A DNA stretch of 64,000 nt from Zancudomyces culisetae HAW-14-8 (Eukaryota; Fungi; Kickxellomycota): NCBI GenBank assembly GCA_052426225.1, contig JBNJNM010000021.1:124001-188000 (forward strand). Reading direction: 5' to 3'. Made by a program: the position numbers and the translations under genes. The notes beneath the pieces are model-generated. The model worked only from the letters and a program-made list of their open reading frames with translations. It was not told the DNA's origin and ran no database searches. This document shows positions 44,101 to 56,360 of the stretch, in pieces. Every line of letters begins with the position of its first letter. Positions within the stretch are counted from its first letter, which is position 1.

Positions 44101-46722
44101 TTACTTGAGTTCGGATTTCTTGTATTTAATAAAATTCATAAGGTTCACCACTAGGAGGTCGGTTTGTGCCCTGAAAGAACGAGATTTGCGTTTATCGATG
44201 GTCTTTGCAAATTTTTTAAGAGGAACAACAAGGGACTCCAAAAACGAGAGGTAGTTGTTGCTGACAAACACAGGGCCGTCGTAGACGAAAGCTGCATCAG
44301 CATAAATGTCAAATATATCATCGATGACTTGGACCACAATTATTTTTTCAGATTGTTTGGTGCCTTCGCTTGTTAGTGCTTTTTTACGCTTTATGATGTT
44401 ATAATCTGGTTCGAAATCCGCAGATGGCACCGTGGAACCCGAAAACATGATTGGTTTAGTGACATTATACAATAGGAATTGTGAAATTGCAGAGTTTAGC
44501 TGGACATCCTGGATTCTAGCAAATCTACCCAATATCCCGACAATGCATACTTTGATATCTACTTGTTGTTTTTTCAAAGCGGCGTTGTCGCCTTTGGCAG
44601 TGTAAGCAGATAGCAAATTTTCTATATTGTTGTACAAATCGATGAACCCACCAATTATAACAGCGCTAACCTCCACACATTTAATGTCAATTCTGGCTAG
44701 GGTCCAAACACAACTCAATAGTCGCTCTATCAACTCTGCCTGTAGCTCCAGGTCAAATAAAATAGCCGAATCCAGGCTCGATTTGTTGTCGACAATGTCC
44801 ATTTCGGTGGCGCAGGGATATGATTTTTGCTGTTTATCTTTGAGCGCGAGTACTACATTTGAAATTGTATCTATCAACACCTTAAACCAGGCAATACATG
44901 TTGAATAGAAATTGACACCACCTTGGCTCAGTAGTTTAATAATTCCACTATTGTTGCTCCCTGTTGCTGATGCATCCAGTAAGGATAAAAAGTTATTAAG
45001 ACATATAGACGCTGTGGTATTTAATATAAGTAGACTTTCGTGAAGGATCAAGTTTTCTGAAAAGCCGGCTAGCCCAGTGGTTCGGTTTGGATAGTATTCT
45101 AAAAGTTTCAGTATTTGTGGAATAACCACGCCGACAAACTGCTCAATTAACCCAACTACATCACCCTGGTCTTCTGTGGTTCCATCCGATACTCCCTCTG
45201 TTCTCATTATTGTTTCCATATCTTCAAACTCGTCGTTGTCCACCCACATGTCATCATCCCCCTGATCATTTCCGTTTTCATCCTTGCCGTTTTGTTCGTA
45301 GTTCTCATCTTCATCAATTTCTTCTTCACCTTCTTCACCTTCCTCGCCTTGCTCGCCTTCTTGATCCATACTATCCACATTTGCGTCATCCTCTTTATCA
45401 ATATCATCCACCGCTTCAAAGTCTCCTACTTCTCCGTCCATAAATATATTTGAGGCAATCTCCAAACATATTTGGTAATTCGACATTTCGCGATTTACAC
45501 ATTCCATCTTGTCCTTTATAATACTTAAACCAGTATTTACACCGTTAGCCAGCTGCTCTTGTTCCTCAGCTCCCTCGTTCTCCTCTTTGCCCCCATCCTT
45601 CTGCGTCTGTCGCTGTTGCTGCCTCTTTTGCTCTTGCTGATATGTATCAACCACCTCGTTCATATCCTTGTACAATTTATCTACGTTCAGATACTCTCCG
45701 ATTAGCTGCATAATCTTTTTCTTTACCTGAAATTCAATTTCACCCTTTGTTTCGCTAAACAAACTAGTCTTGCTGAATTGTTTACAGCTCTTTATCATAT
45801 TTATGATGCTTGCCCCAGTTAATACTTTTACAACACTGCTTTGGTTCAAACTGTGCCCATCACCTTCAACCAAATCCAAAGAATGCATCAACGCCCTAAC
45901 CACACCACCATTTGCACCTGCCATCTCCTGGCTTTCAAATATCATATTTGCCATTTTTTCGTTATTCTCTGTTATCGTATACATTAATTGTGCTGCAAAA
46001 TATACCAACCCCCGCCCCAGAGCCAAGTATTGACTATGTACCAATATTTCGGCTGCAAGTTCTATTACTCCCAAATCGTTCACGTAGTATAAAGCCTTAT
46101 CGCCATAACCTTCGCACATTGTGTTTATCAGTACAAATATATTTTCAACAATCCCGAATATTACTCTTTGCTCACTTGCGTTTAGTTTTTCTTTGTTTTC
46201 ACTTTGTAACACATCACTAGCCCTATCTTTGGCGCCGTTTTGTTGTAAAATCTCGCCAATGTGTGCTCTCTGGCCTTCGAAAACTAGTTTAATGTTATTC
46301 AACAGCTGTTCCGTGTATATCTCTTTTCCATACTCACTTGAACCATTTGCCGCCAGATTCCTTAGCACACCACTAGCTTCCAAGCAGACATCCTTACTAC
46401 TATCTAGTAGTCTATCTATTACCTTTTCTATTACACCGTTTGCCAACAACCTCTTCCTAACCGAAATTTCGCTATCTTCTCCTAGCAGTTGCCCTATACT
46501 TGCGCAAGCCCATACCCGTTCGTTAACTTCTTGCGACTGGATTTTCTTTATCACTACGGGCACTTGCTCTTCGTTACCACGATTGTCACCCTTGTGTTGA
46601 TCCTGTTCAAGCGCATTGGTTTCTAGCAACTTTATATTTTTCAAACTCTGGGTAACTCCCAGAGATGAGCTGGCGTTGAATCTTATTTTGCGAGATTTCT
46701 TTATTTCGACCGTTTTGCCCAT
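44101..46722 (-). CDS. SYO1: Symportin Syo1/HEATR3 (ARM/HEAT import adaptor for Rpl5/Rpl11)
   Basis: Basic MGK..KKSRK N-terminus, ARM motifs ERVWACASI and ASGVLRNLA, a central acidic loop, and C-terminal DIFDIYAD...IDKRK...NLMNFIKYKKSE. Confidence 0.8.
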   Translation of the reverse strand: MGKTVEIKKSRKIRFNASSSLGVTQSLKNIKLLETNALEQDQHKGDNRGNEEQVPVVIKKIQSQEVNERVWACASIGQLLGEDSEISVRKRLLANGVIEKVIDRLLDSSKDVCLEASGVLRNLAANGSSEYGKEIYTEQLLNNIKLVFEGQRAHIGEILQQNGAKDRASDVLQSENKEKLNASEQRVIFGIVENIFVLINTMCEGYGDKALYYVNDLGVIELAAEILVHSQYLALGRGLVYFAAQLMYTITENNEKMANMIFESQEMAGANGGVVRALMHSLDLVEGDGHSLNQSSVVKVLTGASIINMIKSCKQFSKTSLFSETKGEIEFQVKKKIMQLIGEYLNVDKLYKDMNEVVDTYQQEQKRQQQRQTQKDGGKEENEGAEEQEQLANGVNTGLSIIKDKMECVNREMSNYQICLEIASNIFMDGEVGDFEAVDDIDKEDDANVDSMDQEGEQGEEGEEGEEEIDEDENYEQNGKDENGNDQGDDDMWVDNDEFEDMETIMRTEGVSDGTTEDQGDVVGLIEQFVGVVIPQILKLLEYYPNRTTGLAGFSENLILHESLLILNTTASICLNNFLSLLDASATGSNNSGIIKLLSQGGVNFYSTCIAWFKVLIDTISNVVLALKDKQQKSYPCATEMDIVDNKSSLDSAILFDLELQAELIERLLSCVWTLARIDIKCVEVSAVIIGGFIDLYNNIENLLSAYTAKGDNAALKKQQVDIKVCIVGILGRFARIQDVQLNSAISQFLLYNVTKPIMFSGSTVPSADFEPDYNIIKRKKALTSEGTKQSEKIIVVQVIDDIFDIYADAAFVYDGPVFVSNNYLSFLESLVVPLKKFAKTIDKRKSRSFRAQTDLLVVNLMNFIKYKKSELK

Positions 46723-47531
46723 TCTTTTTCACCCTTGCCTGTCTCTTTTGACGTTTCCCTGTAACTTTGTTTAACAGCTTATATTTATATAAAAAATTTT
46801 CCTGCCTATTTTTCTAACAAACTGATCAATTTTTATTTTATTTTTTCAATTCTGATTTTTGAAAATTTTTTATTATTTTTTTTCTGTGCTTTGCGCATAA
46901 AGTAGAGAGAAAACAACTGTCTACTGGTTGTCTTTCTAAGCAAATCCACCAAAAATAGCTTTTTTATATAGTACAAGTCGTTATAAACAAAGCGAGATTG
47001 AGATCACTAGGACTGTCGTGTATCCCTCCTCCCCCCCCGCCACTGAACCTAAATATGTAGAGTAGAAATAAAGCTATTTTTTTTCAATTCATTTTCTTGA
47101 CTCCAAAACTTAGCTAGTATTGTTTCACCATAAAGAAACCTGTCGGTCCTTTTCTTTTTTTCTGTTCGTCTCCCAGTATTCCCTATGTTCTGTACAAAAT
47201 GTTTGCGCTTTCCCCTTCTCAGATGGGTAAAAAATAATAGTCACATGTACTCATCCTTATGCACATTTTGGTGGGCAAACCTATGGTTTACTTTTGTTTT
47301 CGTTATTGAAATCTGATGAAACAGCCAAAAAAAATAAAATAAAAAAGTAAAAAGCGGAACTATCGAACTGATTTTTTAATTGGTTTCAATTTGTTAAATG
47401 TGCTCCCCCCTTAATATTTTCTATTGTTTTCGTAAAGATAAGCTATAGAAACAAGAATATATCTATTCAAATAGCCTAAATCAAGCTAAGAGTAGCAGAA
47501 GAGGATCTAGTAAGCGATAAAAAGAAAAAAA

Positions 47532-47819
47532 ATGGGAGAATACTTGGTTTTGGTCAAAGATTTTACTGATCCAGACTGCGTTAATCGCCGTTTAAAAGTC
47601 AGGGACATTCATTTGGCAAATTCAAAGGCTTTGAAGAAAACAGGCACATCTCTGAGGATGGGCGGCGCCTTATTGGATGGTGATGGAAAAATGGCTGCAA
47701 GCTCAATGGTTTTTGAAGTGGAATCCGAGGATGTCATAAGAGAGCTTATTAGCAACGATATTTATGCAAAATCTAATGTATGGGATTTGAGTACTCTAAC
47801 AATAGCAAAAATAAAATAG
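47532..47819 (+). CDS. YCII-related small protein
   Basis: D..D...RRLKVRDIHL...GGALLD..GKM..S.MVFE.ES........NDIY....VWD fits the YciI-family pattern. Confidence 0.8.
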   Translation: MGEYLVLVKDFTDPDCVNRRLKVRDIHLANSKALKKTGTSLRMGGALLDGDGKMAASSMVFEVESEDVIRELISNDIYAKSNVWDLSTLTIAKIK

Positions 47820-48589
47820 ATATAACCCTCTTTTTTTTGGCTAGTACGTTTTTGTACTAATTTTCAGTGAAAAATGGCTATAAGCCGAAATAAAAAAAAG
47901 TTGTGTCGGCTTCTCAATTAGCCTGGAGAGCACATTTCCTCATTTGTATCATGTTATGCCTTGAATAATGTGAATAAGAACACCAGGTTAGATGGATAAT
48001 GGTAAGCAAAAAAGAACAACCTTAACATTGATAATACCAATCCCATGCATATAACTGTTCTGTAGCGATGCTAAAGATGTTATCACATAGTTTGCGTCGA
48101 GGTGCATAATGGACAGGGCTGGAACTTGGACAAAGAATCATATCAACGTGATGTACTTTTAATTTGTGTTTTTTCAGGGTTTTCTGCTCGCGTTTAACAC
48201 CCACCAACCTATACTACCCATTCTCAAAAAGGTCTTATGATTGAAGGATTTATATATGCTGTTCTTTTTATGACTAGAAACTTTTTGAAAGAGAATGAAA
48301 TAACAATTAGCTACAGAGTTGGCTAATCAAAATACCATTGATAGCTGGTAATTTTAGGGTTTTATCTGCACTAAAACGATATTTAGCTTAGAAATGCGCA
48401 TGGATTACAATGGTTTTCTGACAACGCAACTGATTATCTATTTTTGGGTATGGTAAACTCAATAAATAAATACCCTTTCGACAAAAATAAATCCAGGAGT
48501 ATGGCAAGTTACGCCAAAAAAAACTGGTAAAATCAGAATCAGCACTTGAATTGGAATACTAAACTCTTGAAATGCGGTCGTTTTGGTAT

Positions 48590-51432
48590 CATTCTGTTTT
48601 TTGTTACATTTGTTTGGTTGGATTCAAGTGTAAAAAAATACATGTGGAACACATTCCTGATATAGGCAATTAAGTTGGCTTGTGGTTGTTGTACTACACA
48701 GGCTTCTTTCCATTATTATTGAAGCTGTTGTTGTTATTGTTTTCCAAGAAAGTCAACCTATCAACACACTAGCAAATAAATCTGGTTTGGATAATAAAAT
48801 ACAATCTTTAACACCACAATCCAAACCAAACCAGGACTTGTATGATAAAAATGGATCAAAACCTACAAGATATTCCCTACTTTTTTTTGTATGCTTATGC
48901 TATACATACTATCCAGATGATATTAGGGCAAGACAGTTGTGTTGTGATAGTGTCTGAAATGGTTTTAATAAGCTCACATTAGTTATTATGTGCTCAGGAA
49001 ACTTATTTCTCAACTGTTCTAAAACAACTTGGTCGCATATCTCTGACTCACTGTTGTTGTTTGCTCAAATATGTTGCGCGTATTCATTGAAATATTCCTA
49101 TTGGAATGCCAACTATTTATTACACAATATATTGTTATGATTGTTTTGGTACGAGGCTATTTAGCAAAATAATGTATGTATATAATTATGCAGAGTATTG
49201 TGCTGTAGTTTTTCACAAACAAGCAGTTATACATCGCACTTTTTACTTTCCTAGCATTTTTATGATTGATTATCATAACCAACAACCGAATATACCTGTA
49301 TGAGCCTGTATTGTTTGGATTTGACTTTTTATATATTATTTTGGCGCATAGATAGTAGTAGTATTCTGTGCTAAAAACTTGGTATATATTTGAGATTTAT
49401 TTGTTTTTTACGCTATTGTTATTTACACATTGTCTTTTCAGCTGATTCCTAATGCATTTTTAGAGAAAAAAAAATAGGCGGAGCTGCGGTTTAAAGTTAG
49501 TTGAAAATACTTTTATTAGCAAAGTATAGCAGGAAAAACCACACATTGATTTTTTGATACACTTTATTGTAGTGTAGAAGAACATTAAACAAGGAGGAAA
49601 AAAATGAGCAGAGCAAGCCGACCACAATCAATAGTGGCAAATTGCTTCACCAGTTATTCTGGAAAACCTTTTGTTTCCTAACACTTTTCCTAACATCTCT
49701 CACAACATTTCTCCCAACATTTCTCCCAACACTTCTCCCAACACTTCTCCTCACCTCCTTTGTATCCCAAAAAAACGATGTTAAGATTCACCAAGAATAT
49801 TGTTTCCTATATCCTATTGTTGCAGCCAAATCCAAGACGTAAGCTTGAAAAGACAACCAACAAAGTCAGCTAGTTTAAGATGGTTAATTATTCCGCCAGT
49901 TTGTTTGTGGTAAACAATCTAGCATTGCTAAATCACAGTTAATATTGTTCTCGAGTTTTTTTCCCGTCTTTTTTCGTGTTTTTCCGTCTTTGTTTTATAT
50001 ATATATTTATTTCCGAGAAATCGATAGTCGCAAAATGTAATAATTCAATAAAAACAATCAGGTTGAAATGTGTAGAAAAAAAGCAATATCCACTTTAAAC
50101 TTTGGGTGGTAATAATGGTATCCAAACAATACCGTAGAGGTGCATCAGTACAACAATACAGTAGTGCAATGGCAACCTGGAAAAATCATTAAAAAAAAAG
50201 AAATCGTACAACAGTGGAAAAATAAAAGATTAAAAAACATAGAGTAAAACAGCAGACCATCACCACAATAACACAGTAACACAATAAAACAATAACGCAG
50301 GCTTATGAAAAGCTAACCCACTGCCATGGTATTTACATTAATACAAACCTAACACCAATTCAAATATGATAGTAACAAGAAAAAGCATAAACGTTTGCCA
50401 CACACAATTGTTACGCCAAAAGCTTTGTTTATCGAAGAAACGTGGTGTGGATTAAAATATACAACCAATTCTAGCATTTTTTTTTAAACAATAAAACTAC
50501 CTTGCTCATAGTACTGGGCACCAAGTCGATTTGGTCAAAGCAATACGTGTATTTTCATTAAACAAAAGTTTGTTTTGCACAGATGTTTAAATGGTAGATA
50601 GCCTCTAAATCACATACAGATACTCTCAAATAGTGTGCTTTTTATGTTTGACAAAATAAATGTATATAAACTCAAATGTTCTGCTACAGTATCGGTTCTA
50701 TAAGCTCCAAATAAATCGCTTTATTAGTATATACACTCGAACAAATTAAAATGAAATCCTTAACCCTTTCCCTCGTCGTATTGGCAATTCAAGTTGGAAC
50801 CGCCCTCGCAGCAAGAGGCGGAGGTGGTGGTGGTAGTGGAGGAGGTAGCGGTGGTGGTGGAGGAGGAGGTAGCGGTGGTGGTAGCGGTGGTGGTAGTGGA
50901 GGCAGTCACGGAGGCAGTGGAGGTAGTCACGGAGGCAGTGGAGGTAGTCACGGAGGTGGGCATGGTGGTGGACATGGTGGTGGACATGGTGGTGGACATG
51001 GTGGTGGACATGGTGGTGGTCACGGAGGTCGTTATCACGGTGGCAGAAGACACAGGTACTGGAGAGATGGAATCTGGTACGATTACCCAGTTGAATACGC
51101 AGTAGCTGTACCAGTAGCTGTAGGAGCTGTTGGAGCCGTCGGCGCAGTAGGATATGATAACTCAGTAGTTGGTACTGCCTATGGAGCTGGAGCCGTCGGT
51201 GCAGTAGGATACGATAACTCAGTAGTTGGTACTGCCTACGGAGCTGGAGCCGTCGGTGCAGTAGGAGCAGTAGGAGCTGTTGGTGTTGTTGGTGTAGAAA
51301 CATACCCATTGTACGGTGACTTCTACTTTGATAGCTTTGGTAGAAGAAGACGCAGATACAGAAAATACCACAGAGGAGGTCGCGGAGGACACCACTATAG
51401 GGGTCGTCACTGAGGATGAAATCTCGGATGTG
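48590..51432 (+). repeat. ~2.85-kb segmental duplication, copy 2
   Basis: Direct near-identity to 13355-16230. Confidence 0.97.
50751..51413 (+). CDS. Secreted Gly/His-rich protein (family A, copy 2)
   Basis: Same protein as 15561-16211 except one fewer GGGS unit and two more GGGH units. Confidence 0.85.
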   Translation: MKSLTLSLVVLAIQVGTALAARGGGGGGSGGGSGGGGGGGSGGGSGGGSGGSHGGSGGSHGGSGGSHGGGHGGGHGGGHGGGHGGGHGGGHGGRYHGGRRHRYWRDGIWYDYPVEYAVAVPVAVGAVGAVGAVGYDNSVVGTAYGAGAVGAVGYDNSVVGTAYGAGAVGAVGAVGAVGVVGVETYPLYGDFYFDSFGRRRRRYRKYHRGGRGGHHYRGRH

Positions 51433-52659
51433 CTAGCACCTAAATATATAGCGTTGGTTGCATTATAGTTAATGATACTATTTATTTCTTACTTTTTCAA
51501 ACGTATGCTTTGTTTTGCTTAGAATGTATGTTTATATATGCACCTTTAATAAACTATAACATTTTTGGTTTCATGTAAATTTTGCCTCTATCGCTAAAAC
51601 TTGTTTTTTACAAAAGCCTTGTCGCTATAGATCATACACCCAATATAAAGCTGATTCTATTTTTTTTTAGTTTAGTTTACTTTTAATTACTATTATTATA
51701 TTTTGTTTATACTTTTCTATGTCTATAATTTTGCTAGGTGGTAATGTCAACCTTTGTATCCATCACGTTTGACATATATTCAATCCGCTGTAATAATTCT
51801 TTTTCGGTCATCATTTTCCTTATGTCAATATTTAGAAACTTACTTGTTAAAACAGGTCATGTTTATTCCACCACAACCAAGTTCCAAATACTTTCCACCC
51901 CCCCCCCCCCCCCCCCCCCCTCAATAGTTTGACTTTACATTAATTAACCCAGATTATCAAAAATTATTGGGATTATTTGTCTAAAAATCATCAATCAATG
52001 CAATGGCTGTTATTATAAACATCGCTTTTCTGTTTTTTCAGTAGATATAGTATCTAATGCTAGAAATGCCCATTGTCTTCTATATATACGCCCATCACTA
52101 TCGTTTTTTTTTAAAGTGATAAAATGCCTAAATAAAGTTGGTACTTGTATCTTCCTCTTTTTATTTCATTTTGCCCGCACTGCTTTATCACTTTTACCAA
52201 GCTTTAATGTTATTATTTATTCACAAACCCACATGAACATTTGTCTTTATGCTTTTATTCTACTTTCTTTGATAATGTATGTTTGCCCGTTTGTAAATGT
52301 CAGTGTTAAAACCAATTTTAAAATTTAGAGAGACCATTCTACTAGAAACAATCAGGCCAATATGTTTAAAATATAGTGAATTGGTAATAAAGCATAAGAC
52401 ATATCCTACTAAAAGTAATTCTTTGTACTGTATTATTAATTAAACGCATTACCAGAATGGTTTATTGTTTACATTAAAACTGCAACCAGTATATACTCAA
52501 CCCCTTTACAGCAAAGGTTCAATCCAAATAGCCATAGATATATTTTAAGTTTCGGCTTTGCAGAAAGCAAAAAAAGTATATAAGAGGTACTTTTTTCATT
52601 CTCAACCTCTCCTCAGATCTATTAAATCCTCGGATTAGTACATAGTTGTTTTAAGTAAA

Positions 52660-53574
52660 ATGAAATCCTTAACCCTTTCCCTCGTCGTATTGGCATTTCA
52701 AGCTGGAACCGCTCTCGCAGGAGGACGCGGAGGTGGTCATGGTGGTCATCACGGTGGCCGAAGACACAGACACAGATACTGGAGAAATGGAATCTGGTAC
52801 GATTACCCAGTTGAATACGCAATAGCAGTACCACTAGCGGTAGGAGCTGTTGGAACCGTTGGTGCGATAAATGGAGTTGGGTCAGCTTATGAAAATGGGG
52901 CAGCTGTTGTAACAGGATACGATAATGGAGTAATTGGCACAGCCTATGGAACTGGAATAGCTGAAGCAGGAATCGTTGGAGCAGTTGGAGCGGTTGGTGT
53001 AGATACATTCCCATGGTCCGATGACTTTTTCATTGACAGCTTCGGTAGAAGAAGACGTAGACATGGTGGAGGCCACAAGGGAGGACATCACGGAGGAGGC
53101 GGAAATGGAGGAGGGGATGGTGGAAACGGAGGTGGTGGAAATGGTGGAGGGGATGGTGGTGGTGGAAACGGAGGAGGCGGAAACGGTGGAGGGGATGGTG
53201 GAAATGGTGGAGGTGGAAACGGAGGTGGTGGAAACGGAGGAGGCGGAAACGGTGGAGGGGATGGTGGAAACGGAGGAGGTGGAAACGGAGGTGGTGGAAA
53301 TGGTGGTGGTGGAAATGGTGGTGGTGGAAACGGAGGAGGCGGAAATGGTGGAGGGGATGGTGGAAATGGAGGAGGTGGAAACGGAGGTGGTGGAAATGGT
53401 GGTGGTGGAAATGGTGGTGGTGGAAACGGAGGAGGTGGAGGAAATGGAGGTGGTGGAGGAAATGGCGAGAATAGCAGAGGATTTAGTGGAACTAATAGGG
53501 GAAGCCGTGGAACTAGCAGGGGAAGTCGTGGAAATAGAAGTGGTGGTGGGAGAGGCAGGGGTGGTAGACATTAA
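52660..53574 (+). CDS. Secreted Gly-rich protein (family A, diverged paralog with GGN/GGD tail)
   Basis: Near-identical signal peptide, the RYWRNGIWYDYPVEYA core and DSFGRRRRR, followed by (GGGGN/GGGD)n and an Arg-rich end. Confidence 0.85.
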   Translation: MKSLTLSLVVLAFQAGTALAGGRGGGHGGHHGGRRHRHRYWRNGIWYDYPVEYAIAVPLAVGAVGTVGAINGVGSAYENGAAVVTGYDNGVIGTAYGTGIAEAGIVGAVGAVGVDTFPWSDDFFIDSFGRRRRRHGGGHKGGHHGGGGNGGGDGGNGGGGNGGGDGGGGNGGGGNGGGDGGNGGGGNGGGGNGGGGNGGGDGGNGGGGNGGGGNGGGGNGGGGNGGGGNGGGDGGNGGGGNGGGGNGGGGNGGGGNGGGGGNGGGGGNGENSRGFSGTNRGSRGTSRGSRGNRSGGGRGRGGRH

Positions 53575-54394
53575 TGCAATTTTTGCATTAACTGAAATGT
53601 AAACTACACTCATACAGAAATACAGATATATTCCATATATTTCTTACTTTGTTGTGCCTTAGTTTTTATTCTTTAAAATGCCATCAGTTCTGTTTTATTG
53701 AAACTCTACAATAAATTCATCTTGTTTTATGAAATACTTTTGTGCAAAAGCTATATTGGTAGAGTGCTCAAAGTCATTCTTTAAAGAATTCTATAGCATA
53801 TAATTTGTGTTTCAAGTCTATTTACTAGATGATGTAGCTGCCTTCTATTCATTTTGTGATAGCGTGTAGTTATCTTGAATATATTCATATATATACATGG
53901 GTTTGCTCTTTCTACAAAAAAAATTGTAACCACGATATGAAATAAAGGGGTAACGTGACATATTTATGAACATCTCAGCAAGACTATACATGAAGATATT
54001 GTGAGTTATAAAGTTATACTTGGCGATATTCTTTTGATTCAATTAGATAGATTCAGTTCAAAGATTTTTTTAAAAGTAAACTTTAATGGAAAAAGAAGGA
54101 AAATGGAGCAAATCGAGATTTGAAATTGTTCATTAGACCTTGGATCTAAATAAACACTAAGAAACAGCATTACTATTTACGCTTTCGGTCACATTATCGT
54201 CAAGTTGAAACAATAAGAACTTGGTAACTGCACAAAGAAAATTGAATTTATAAGGGGGGTTAGTACTATCACATAGGCGCATTGTAAGTTTTTAGTAGAA
54301 AAATTAAAATATCGCGTATGAATGTGATGAAAAAGTGGAAAAAGAAAATATTAATAATATGGGAATAGGCTGTAAGTCGTAGATTAGTAGCAGT

Positions 54395-54960
54395 ACTGGA
54401 CGGATAGAGGTAGTCGTACTTAGAGCAATCAAGAGTAAATTAAAAAAAATTCCTACTGTTTCTAGCAAGAAAAAATAAGCCGCCATCAGCGTAGCAGATA
54501 CATTATGGTTAAAAAATACACCAAAAAACACAATAGGTACCACTAAAGAATCCGATATAAGGAATAGTGCAGAACATTCCGGTGGTAGTGCATGGCTTTA
54601 GCATGGGTGCAGGGATGGCTTGATAACATGGATAGCTTACTTGTAGGAAATCGAACTAAAAAAAAAGACTCGGTTATACGTGATTCTGGTTCTCGTTGGT
54701 GACATGAATTTGAAATCTGCAAGACTATACTAGTATGATATCTTAGGAACGAATTAATAATGAAATGGCAAAAAGTAATATTAAGTACAAGATGTGAATG
54801 TATCGTAGGAATAACCACATTTTTGACTATAAGTATGATCAAGAGAGCTCGATAAGCATGATATTTGTAGGAGATACGAACTTCCAGCGTTAAAAACTCA
54901 AGAACCAGATTTTCTATGGATACTCAGTACAGGTAAAATCATACCATGACTTTAAGCGCT
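54395..54960 (+). mobile_element. Possible highly degraded non-LTR retrotransposon AP-endonuclease fragment
   Basis: Interrupted frames give VLRAIKSKLKKI..KK*AAISVADTLWLK..HSGGSAWL and VLVGDMNLK. The order matches the NVRGL / IALQET / GGVA / GDFN motifs, but similarity is weak. Confidence 0.3.
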
Positions 54961-56360
54961 GAGAAAAGATTGCTTTCAAGATATTTTTGCATTGGAGTTT
55001 TAGGGAATGAATATAGTATAATTTCAAGACGTAAATAAAGGAAGTCTATAGCGACTAGTGATACGAGAAAAATGAATTTACCAAACTGCCGAACAATTAA
55101 TATCACTTGTAGATTGTTTTTGATTCAAGGTTGGGAGTAAAATTTACAAAACAGTAAAGCTACCACTACTGTTTTGCTCTCCAAAAAATATGTGGTCCCA
55201 AGTATATTGCTTGTACTTTGTAATTGGATTTAAATTGGGGTGACCTGGTTTTGATTGGGTAAGTAAGCTTTGTCTTGTTCTAGCAAATATGGCGTACTTC
55301 ATTGGTTTTTATCACCAAAATAACTAATACAAGTCTATTGGTAATTTTTGTTCTGCAAGTCATTGCAGATCCACACTAGGTACAAAGAGTAAGGCAATCC
55401 GAGCCTTAACGGAAAAGAAGGGTGGGGGGGGGAAGTATTTCTTTAATAGAAAAAAATCAACTATAGGCGTTATTGTACAGATCAAAGTAAGCGTATTGTT
55501 TATGATCACAAGTTATTTGGAGCAAAGACACAATACCCAGAAAAAATAGACTGTTTGCAATTGAGTAGAAAAGCGGAAAGTAAAAAGACTAAGATATCAT
55601 TTGTGTTTGTGTATGCAGTTACAGTTTAGTTTAGCTTTTTACAACTGACTATGTTGAATTAAATGGAGGCTGGTCTATTTGTAAGTCTACACACTCGTTA
55701 TTTTAGGCAGGGGATAGATTGGTTTCCGAATAGAAATTCAAACGAGTACCACGAGAAATTAAGTGAATAAAACTATTACTAGCGTACTTTTAGGCGTTGA
55801 AAATCAATGAAACGGGCAAAAATAGACACATAAATGGAGGGAAGGAGCAAGTTCCAAATCAAGAGATTGTGCAGTGCAAAAAGAATTTATTAAAAAGCTA
55901 ATTAGTGGGATACAGTTTATAGTTACCTCTCACGAGGGATACAAAATTATTGGTAGCCAGTAAAAGGAAAATCAAGTGATATTTTCCATTAGCTGTGATG
56001 CAGTTAACTTTCTTTTTAAGTTGAATTTACAATGATACACTACAAGACGAGAAGGAGTGTTATATCTCGTTCTAAAGATATAGTTTTACATACTTTCTAA
56101 TTATATAGCAATGACACAAACCCCTCCCACCCCCCAAAAAACTATAAATACAATGTGCTGAGTTCAGTTTTTTTTCAGTTAAATAATCAAGTTAAAATAA
56201 TAGCTATTAATTACCAAAAACAACTACTATTTATTACAAGTTACTTGTAGTGCAAACTAAACAAGATTAATATAGAACATATATCTTTTTACACCGCTGG
56301 TTATATCTAAAGTATATCCTGTTACAAGTAACAATACAAAAGAGGAACAAATAAAAAAAA

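Noticed and set aside
52510-52530. GGTTCAATCC resembling a tRNA T-loop
   Set aside because: No cloverleaf or acceptor stem around it. No tRNA or rRNA gene was recognised in the window.
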